The notes under the pieces were generated by a model. That model made no database searches, had not been told where the DNA came from, and saw nothing but the letters and a program-made list of their open reading frames with translations. Below, one piece after another: positions 40,686-46,774 of a stretch of DNA of 46,774 bases (position 1 is its first letter; every line of letters begins with the position of its first letter). The stretch spans positions 1 to 46,774 of the forward strand of contig JANRLD010000096.1 in assembly GCA_033762915.1 (NCBI GenBank), written 5' to 3'. Both the position numbers and the translations under genes were made by a program. The DNA comes from Meiothermus sp. GTDB lineage: Bacteria; Deinococcota; Deinococci; Deinococcales; Thermaceae.

Positions 40686-40858
40686 TCGGGGGCCTCGAGG
40701 CCAAAGTTCGAACTGGCTCCAGCCGGGAGCAACTGGTTCACGACCGATAACGACCACATTTATGCCGGCCCGTGTCAGACTGCCGTATCGCAGCCGGTGC
40801 GCCTCCTATCGCAAGGGATTGCTGTTTGTCCTAATGCCGTGCCTCATTCGGAGGAAGC

Positions 40859-42619
40859 ATGAAGTTCAAAATCGCACATAACCTCGCCGTTGCCAAGGCA
40901 TTGCTGGTCGGATTGGTCGCGTTTATTGCTGCTTGCTCGAGCCCCACTTCACGGCCGAATTCCAACGCCCTGCCCCAGCCCGCCCCCCCGATCGAGTCGC
41001 CGGAAATCAGGGCGGACGACAAGCTGGTGGTGATCCTCTACAACGACGGCGCTGCAGCCAACAACCTGAGCGTCCGGGCCGCGCAGGGCCTGGAGCCGGG
41101 CAGCATGCTCCGGCCTGGCACGGTGGGGCTCTATGACCACGTGACCGAGCCCTACGGCCTGACCGGCCAGCAGGTCAGCGCCCAGGCCTACAACCCCCAA
41201 GAGGCCGCGCAGATCTACGCCATCTTCCTGGCCAATCTGATCGGACGCTACGCCGACCTGAATGCCAGCATCCGTCCGCTCTCGCAGTACAAGGCCGGCG
41301 ACGCGCTGGGCACCCTCCGCACCTTCTACCTCGGCACCTCCTACTTCGAGCAGGTGCCCGATGCCCTGATCGCCGACGTGATGAAGGGCGCGCCCATCAC
41401 CTGGGTCAACTACCACATCTGGAACCTGGACCGCGCCGGGGTGGGCAGCCTGGCCCAGCTGGGGCTGCGCTACACTGCCCTGCACGCCGCCTATGCCCAG
41501 CCCGAGTACGCCACCACCTACAACAGGGTCGGCTACCGGGGCTACACCTACGACAAGTACGTCGCCCCGATGGAGGCCATCGAGGTGGCGGTGACCCGCT
41601 CGAGCGTGACCGTCCACGCCGAGATGATTAACACCGCTGGGCGGCGCATTCCCTACGCCCTACAGAGCGGCAGGTTCTGGTACATCGCCGACAACCCCTT
41701 CGTCTACATGCACGAGACCGACCGCTACTTGGTCTTCGCCGACCTGATCGGCCCCATGCTGGACCGCGACCAGAGCTGCGAGCCCAGGGCGCTGGCCCGC
41801 ATGGAGGACGTGAGCCCGCACGACCCCGCCGAGAACCTCGAGCGGATGATTGGCGTCTACCAGAAGGTCGGCATCCCCTTTATCGCCGCCACCATCCCAG
41901 TCCACATCAACCGCACCGTCACCCCCAGCATCACCCGCAACTGGAACGACCCCGAGTCTGCCGCCGCCCTGGCCCAGCTCCGGCGTATCCCCGCCGCCGG
42001 GGGCACCATCTTCCAGCACGGCTACACCCACCAGTTCGAGAACCTCGAGAACCCCTACGGCATCTCCGGGGCCGATTTCGAATTCTGGCGGGTTACGCTG
42101 GACGCGCAGGAGCGCTGGGTCTTCGTGGGGCCGATCCCGGGCATGACCGCCGAAAGCGCGCTCGAGCGGGTCGCCACCGGGCGTGGCCTCCTGACCCGCC
42201 TGGGCCTCAATCCCACCGGATGGGTCACCCCGCACTACCAGGCCGACCCCTCCTACTACAGCCGCTTCAATTCCGTCTACAACCGGGCCATGGAGCGCCG
42301 CATCTACCGCGTCGGCGGCACCACCGCCGGGCAGTTCTTCCCCTACCCGGTGAGGGACGTGAATGGCACCTTGATGCTCCCCGAGACGATGGGCTCGGTG
42401 CAGCCCGGCTTCCTGCTCGACCGGATGCTCAAGGCCGCCCAGGCCAACCGCGCGCTGCGCTGCCCCTGGGCTGGGCACTTCAACCACCCCTCCACCCTCG
42501 ACCCCGCCAACGCGGGCGACGAGGTGGCCATCTCCGCCGCCCAGTTCGAGCAGTTTCTGCGCAGCATTCAGGCCCTGGGCTACCGCTACGTCAGCGCGGG
42601 CAGCGTGACCTTGCAGTAG
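40859..42619 (+). CDS. DUF2334/CE4-like polysaccharide deacetylase lipoprotein
   Basis: IAAC lipobox; RMEDVSP, QHGYTHQ and TPHY motifs. Confidence 0.75.
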   Translation: MKFKIAHNLAVAKALLVGLVAFIAACSSPTSRPNSNALPQPAPPIESPEIRADDKLVVILYNDGAAANNLSVRAAQGLEPGSMLRPGTVGLYDHVTEPYGLTGQQVSAQAYNPQEAAQIYAIFLANLIGRYADLNASIRPLSQYKAGDALGTLRTFYLGTSYFEQVPDALIADVMKGAPITWVNYHIWNLDRAGVGSLAQLGLRYTALHAAYAQPEYATTYNRVGYRGYTYDKYVAPMEAIEVAVTRSSVTVHAEMINTAGRRIPYALQSGRFWYIADNPFVYMHETDRYLVFADLIGPMLDRDQSCEPRALARMEDVSPHDPAENLERMIGVYQKVGIPFIAATIPVHINRTVTPSITRNWNDPESAAALAQLRRIPAAGGTIFQHGYTHQFENLENPYGISGADFEFWRVTLDAQERWVFVGPIPGMTAESALERVATGRGLLTRLGLNPTGWVTPHYQADPSYYSRFNSVYNRAMERRIYRVGGTTAGQFFPYPVRDVNGTLMLPETMGSVQPGFLLDRMLKAAQANRALRCPWAGHFNHPSTLDPANAGDEVAISAAQFEQFLRSIQALGYRYVSAGSVTLQ

Positions 42620-42624
42620 GGCGT

Positions 42625-42730
42625 ATCGCTTTTCACACCATTACCTCCCTCGCGGTGGCAGGTAATGTACTCCCTAAAGCAAAAACCGCCCGCTTTACGC
42701 TGTAGGGAGTATGCGTGGGAACCGCTCCAG
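42625..42730 (+). mobile_element. Structured dispersed repeat (MITE-like), copy 3
   Basis: CATTACCTCCCTCGCGGTGGCAGGTAATG TACTCCC..GCTGTAGGGAGTA TGCGTGGGAACCGCTCCAG. Confidence 0.75.
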
Positions 42731-43006
42731 GGCTCGAGAGTCGGCTCGGGCCGCCGGCGTTGGTCGGCGGCCCGGCCCATCGGGGCGTGCGGTGTACGCG
42801 GCGTATGGCAACTGCTTTTCGGCTAAGATATGCCTCTGGTAACGGTGTGCGGGACACATTTTGCTGCGTTGTGATGTAAATTGACGTGGGTAGTTTTGCT
42901 CATAATCCGCAGGGCATGGCGGCTATGAGCCGGTGATTTTGGGCTTCCTCCTCCCAACCTTCCTCCCCAGCACCGTGCAAAACACCGTTCAAAGGAGAGC
43001 AGGGGA

Positions 43007-44128
43007 ATGGGAACCTTCAGAGCGGTAGGGATTCTACTGGCGTTGAGCTTGTTGGCCGTGGGCTGCTCCTCGAGCGGGGACACCCAGGGGCCTAGCTCGA
43101 GCGTGCTCCCTCGGCCTGCTGCCCCGGTGCTGCCCCAGCCAGGGCAGGCCCTGCAGCTGCCCGCGGCGGGCCAGCTCTACCACGGAGTCTATGTGGGCGA
43201 CGACAGCGGCCAGGAGGACGTGGCGACCCCCGCGCTGCTGGACGCCTACGAGAACGCGGTGGGCCGGCAGGTGGCCTGGGTCTACTTCTCGCACAACTGG
43301 TTCAACGGCACCGCCTTCCCCGCCGCCACCGCCGAATGGATCCGGGCCAGGGGTTCGGTGCCCTACATCCGGCTGATGCTGCGCAGCAGCCAGGAGATCG
43401 GGGTGGCCGAGCCGCGCTACACCCTCGAGGCCATTCTGCGCGGCGACTTCGACGCCGAGTTGAGGGCCTGGGGGCAGGCCGCGCGGGCCTTCGGCACCCC
43501 CATCATCGTGGAGTGGGGCACCGAGGCCAACGGCGACTGGTTTAGCTGGAACGGGGCCTGGAACGGCGGGCCGGGCACCGGCCCGGCGCTCTTCCGAGAG
43601 GCCTTCCGCTACCTGGTCTACAGCATGAAGAACCAGGGGGCCTATAACATCACCTGGGTCTGGCACGTCAACGCCTCGGACTTCCCCTCGGCCTCCTGGA
43701 ACGCGCTCGAGAACTACTTCCCCGGCAACGACATCGTGGACTGGATCGGGCTTTCGGTCTACGCCGCGCAGTCCCAGCTCGACCCCTTCTGGTACGACTT
43801 CGGCTACAGTCTGGACTTCGTGATGCCCCGCCTGAGCAAGATCGCCCCCTATAAGCCGGTGATCGTGGCCGAGTTCGGCGCGCCCAAGGGCAACCCCATC
43901 GGCACCCCGGAGGTCTGGGCCGACTGGGCCCTGAGCCAGATGATCGCCGGGCGCTGGCCTAGCCTGAAGGGCTTCTCCTGGTGGAACGAGGCCTGGAGCA
44001 GCGAGCTGGTCCCCGGCGAGCCCCTCACCAACGTCGAGATGCGCGTACAGCAGACCCCCCAACTGGCCCAGGCCTTCCGCCAGCGGCTGAACAACCCGGC
44101 GGTGATCTCCGACCCGATCTTCCGCTGA
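43007..44128 (+). CDS. Glycoside hydrolase family 26-like lipoprotein
   Basis: AVGC lipobox; acid/base TEANGDW, YFPGNDIVDWIGLSVY, nucleophile KPVIVAEFG, FSWWN. Confidence 0.85.
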   Translation: MGTFRAVGILLALSLLAVGCSSSGDTQGPSSSVLPRPAAPVLPQPGQALQLPAAGQLYHGVYVGDDSGQEDVATPALLDAYENAVGRQVAWVYFSHNWFNGTAFPAATAEWIRARGSVPYIRLMLRSSQEIGVAEPRYTLEAILRGDFDAELRAWGQAARAFGTPIIVEWGTEANGDWFSWNGAWNGGPGTGPALFREAFRYLVYSMKNQGAYNITWVWHVNASDFPSASWNALENYFPGNDIVDWIGLSVYAAQSQLDPFWYDFGYSLDFVMPRLSKIAPYKPVIVAEFGAPKGNPIGTPEVWADWALSQMIAGRWPSLKGFSWWNEAWSSELVPGEPLTNVEMRVQQTPQLAQAFRQRLNNPAVISDPIFR

Positions 44129-44493
44129 GTGGTTTGCGGCAACGGCCGGCTCAAACGCGAGCGCGCAACGTATCCAGTGGCGTGGGCTGGTGGCGGGTGC
44201 ACTCGACTTCCGTTCCACCTCGGCCAACCAGCAGAGCGGCGAAATTGGCGGTGGCTTGGTCGGTGGGCCGAAACCCGGCCCCGACGGGCGCTGTCTCGAG
44301 GACTCCGCAAACCCGAAGGGGCGCACCTACCGCAGCTCACCCCCTTCCGCCCAGGGGAGGACCTCACCAAGGCAACGAGCCGCTGGCGCTTTGCGGTAAT
44401 GCGTTACGTGGCGATGTTCGGCTCAGCTCACGCGCCGGGCCTTAGGGCTCCTGTAAACTGAGACGAGCCGTACGGGCTGCTTTGAGGTTCGTC

Positions 44494-45537
44494 ATGCGTT
44501 TACGTCTGTGGATTCTTGTTGTGATCGTCTGCCTCGGCCTCGTCCCCGCCCAGCCCAAGCCCCTCACCCTTATGCCCCCCGCCGCAGGCCAGCTCTACCA
44601 CGGGGTCTATCCCGGCACCGACTCCGGCAACGAGGACGACATGCAGCCCTCCGACCTCGAGGCCTACGAGGCCGCCGTGGGACGCCGGGCGGCCGTGGTC
44701 TACTTCTCCAATAACTGGTACAACGGGCGTGGCTTCCCCGCCGAGACCGCTGCCTGGATTCGCGCCCGTGGCGCGGTGCCCTACGTGCGGCTGATGCTGC
44801 GCAGCGACTCCGAGATCAACCGTCCCGAGCCGCTGTACACCCTCGAGGCCATTCTGCGCGGCGACTTCGACGCCGACCTGCGGGCCTGGGGCCAGACCGC
44901 ACGGGCTTTTGGGACGCCGGTGATGGTGGAGTGGGGCACCGAGATGAACGGGCGCTGGTTTAGCTGGAACGGGGTTTGGAACGGTGGAGCGGGCAAGGGG
45001 CCGGAGAAATTCCGCCAGGCCTACCGCAAGCTGGTGGGCATCATGAACACCCAGGGGGCCACCAACCTGATCTGGGTCTGGCACGTCAACGCGGGCGACG
45101 ACCCCGATGCGGCTTGGAACCGCCTCGAGAACTACTACCCCGGCGGCGACGTGGTGGACTGGCTGGCGGTCTCGGTCTATGGCGGCCAGACGCCCCGCGA
45201 CCCCAACTGGCCCCCCTTCGCCGAGCGCATGGACGAGGTAATTCCCCGCCTGAGCAAGCTGGCCCCCACCAAGCCCGTCCTGGTTGCCGAGTTTGGGGCC
45301 ACGGCGGGGAACCCCAGGGGCACCCCGGACGCCTGGGCCAATGCCGCCCTGACCGCCCTGCTCTCCAACCGCTGGCCCAGTGTGCGCGGCTTTAGCTGGT
45401 GGAACGAGGCCTGGCCCAACGACAATAACCCCGCCCACAACACCGAGATGCGCGTCCAGAAGATCCCCGCCCTCGCCGCCGTTTTCCGCAAGCAGTTGGC
45501 CTCGAGCAAGGTGCTGGAGAGGCCGCTGTTCAAATGA
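44494..45537 (+). CDS. Glycoside hydrolase family 26-like secreted protein (paralog)
   Basis: Signal peptide; TEMNGRW, YYPGGDVVDWLAVSVY, KPVLVAEFG; long blocks identical to the upstream gene. Confidence 0.85.
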   Translation: MRLRLWILVVIVCLGLVPAQPKPLTLMPPAAGQLYHGVYPGTDSGNEDDMQPSDLEAYEAAVGRRAAVVYFSNNWYNGRGFPAETAAWIRARGAVPYVRLMLRSDSEINRPEPLYTLEAILRGDFDADLRAWGQTARAFGTPVMVEWGTEMNGRWFSWNGVWNGGAGKGPEKFRQAYRKLVGIMNTQGATNLIWVWHVNAGDDPDAAWNRLENYYPGGDVVDWLAVSVYGGQTPRDPNWPPFAERMDEVIPRLSKLAPTKPVLVAEFGATAGNPRGTPDAWANAALTALLSNRWPSVRGFSWWNEAWPNDNNPAHNTEMRVQKIPALAAVFRKQLASSKVLERPLFK

Positions 45538-45606
45538 ACCGCTTTGCCAGTTGACACCCACCTCGCCGCACTCCGAAAACGCGGCGAGGAACGGATATCT
45601 AACCCC

Positions 45607-45701
45607 AATCGCCTTTCCCCCATTGCAGCGCTCACCGAGTGCCGCAATGTACCCGGCACGGCAAGGACCGCCGCACCGGATATGCGCGCGAACTGCTCGA
45701 G
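45607..45701 (+). repeat. Diverged member of the structured repeat family (copy 4)
   Basis: AATCGCCTTTCC..CATTGC..GCAATG TACCCGG..CCGGATA TGCG..GAACTGCTCGAG: same order of elements with compensatory stem changes. Confidence 0.6.
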
Positions 45702-45803
45702 GTGTTTGCCGGGCATTGGTCGAAATCTGCTGCGAGCGCTGCTCTGCGCCCGACGTGGCGTGGTTTACCGGCTCCTCACCGCCTTTTGTAGTAGGCTACA
45801 GGC

Positions 45804-46283
45804 GTGGACGAGAACCGCCTGACCAGTGAGTTTCGAATTGACCTGACCCCCCTGGACATTCGCTACCAGGAGTTCCGCCTGACCCTGCGGGGCTACGCGG
45901 CGGCGGAGGTTCGGGAGTATCTGGCCCAGGTGGCAGACAAGATGAGCGGTCTGGTGGAGGACAACGAGCGGATGCGCATACAGATGCGCGACCTCGAGCA
46001 GCAGCTTTCCCAGGCCAGGGAGGGCGAGGCCGAGCTGAAGCGGGCGGTGGTGGCCGCCGAGCGCATCGCTCGAGAGATCAAGGTGCAGGCCGAGCGCGAG
46101 GCCGAGATCGTCAAGCGCGAGACCGAGAACGAGCGCCAGGCCGCCCTGCAAGAACTTGTAGAGCAGATGAAGCGGATGCGCTCCGACCTCGAGCAGGCCC
46201 GCAACGAGCGCGACCTGTTCGTGAACAACTTCCGGGCGCTCCTGGAGGGCTACATGACCTCGCTGGATAGGTTTAAGAAGTAG
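45804..46283 (+). CDS. divIVA: DivIVA domain protein
   Basis: LTPLDIRYQEF..LRGY..EVREYL N-domain followed by coiled coil; leaderless TAGGCT-6nt-GTG. Confidence 0.88.
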   Translation: MDENRLTSEFRIDLTPLDIRYQEFRLTLRGYAAAEVREYLAQVADKMSGLVEDNERMRIQMRDLEQQLSQAREGEAELKRAVVAAERIAREIKVQAEREAEIVKRETENERQAALQELVEQMKRMRSDLEQARNERDLFVNNFRALLEGYMTSLDRFKK

Positions 46284-46309
46284 CCGAAGGTCAAAAGGCA
46301 AGTTTTAAG

Positions 46310-46341
46310 AAGTCCTCCTCGAGCCCGCTCGAGGAGGACTT
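46310..46341. terminator. Perfect 15-bp inverted repeat downstream of divIVA
   Basis: AAGTCCTCCTCGAGC-CC-GCTCGAGGAGGACTT; a second hairpin with A-tract follows at ~46363-46390. Confidence 0.55.
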
Positions 46342-46461
46342 CCACCTGAATACCCCTGAACCAAAAAACCCCCTCCCATCGGGAGGGGGCAAGAGAGGGT
46401 TATTGAGTTGCGCCAGACTGAATCTGCGAGATCAGAGGGAGCAGCTGCGTTCCTGGGGCGA

Positions 46462-46543
46462 AGTGGCGTGCGCCATAGCCGCGGGGCGGCTACCCGGGGC
46501 GGAGTGGCGTGCGCCATAGCTGCGGAGTGGCTACCCGGGGCGG
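46462..46543. repeat. Two-copy 41-bp tandem repeat
   Basis: AGTGGCGTGCGCCATAGCYGCGGRGYGGCTACCCGGGGCGG x2. Confidence 0.8.
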
Positions 46544-46584
46544 ATTTCCCTACGGGCGTTTAGGGGCAGCATCTCGCAGTTCAA

Positions 46585-46774
46585 CTAGGCCGTGTTGACA
46601 TTTAGCGGAGCAGCATCATCGTAGAAGCGAAGTGGGCGAAGGCCAGGAAGTTTCTGGCAGTCTGCTCAAAACGCGAAAAACCCTGCGGAACTGCTTGAGT
46701 TTGTTGAAGAAGCACTCGACGAGGTGACGCTCCTTGTAGAAGTCCTGGTCGTACTCACGCTGCTCCAGGCGGTT
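46585..46774 (-). mobile_element. IS5-family insertion sequence, right end (transposase C-terminus 46602->46774, truncated by window)
   Basis: Minus strand reads ..YDQDFYKERHLVECFFNKLKQFRRVFSRFEQTARNFLAFAHFASTMMLLR*; terminal GGCCGTGTTGACA abutting CTAG. Confidence 0.85.

Noticed and set aside
46462..46543. Possible CRISPR array
   Set aside because: Only two directly abutting units, no unique spacers, no cas genes

Overview
High-GC chromosomal window from a Thermaceae (Meiothermus/Calidithermus-like) bacterium. The assignment is inferred from the Thermus-type V/A-ATPase operon order, an RlmO-like methylase, many leaderless TANNNT promoters and strong CTCGAG over-representation. Housekeeping content: partial cysK, nitronate-monooxygenase-like protein, TPR-GGDEF cyclase, DUF4384-PEGA surface protein, rRNA m5C methylase, the 9-gene V/A-ATPase operon (G-I-L-E-C-F-A-B-D), pilD, a sugar ABC system with two Gfo/Idh/MocA dehydrogenases, PIG-L deacetylase, ClC-like protein, amidohydrolase, GNAT plus NSAR/OSBS, asparaginase II, DivIVA, and the end of an IS5-family element. 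Most interesting: (1) a putative c-di-GMP-controlled exopolysaccharide locus (NfrB-like processive GT2 with C-terminal MshEN repeats, a DUF2334 deacetylase lipoprotein and two GH26 paralogs, but no NfrA/WecB nearby) behind a structured leader; (2) an AT-rich AlbA_2/Schlafen-domain candidate defence gene with toxin-antitoxin-like debris right after the ATPase terminator; (3) a dispersed ~90-170 bp structured element in at least four copies with compensatory base changes, one of which interrupts a racemase pseudogene; (4) heptamer-repeat hairpins in the ATPase spacers, a beta-barrel gene with two in-frame amber stops, and an unexplained multibranched RNA-like structure after cysK. All calls come from reading the sequence; no database searches were run.
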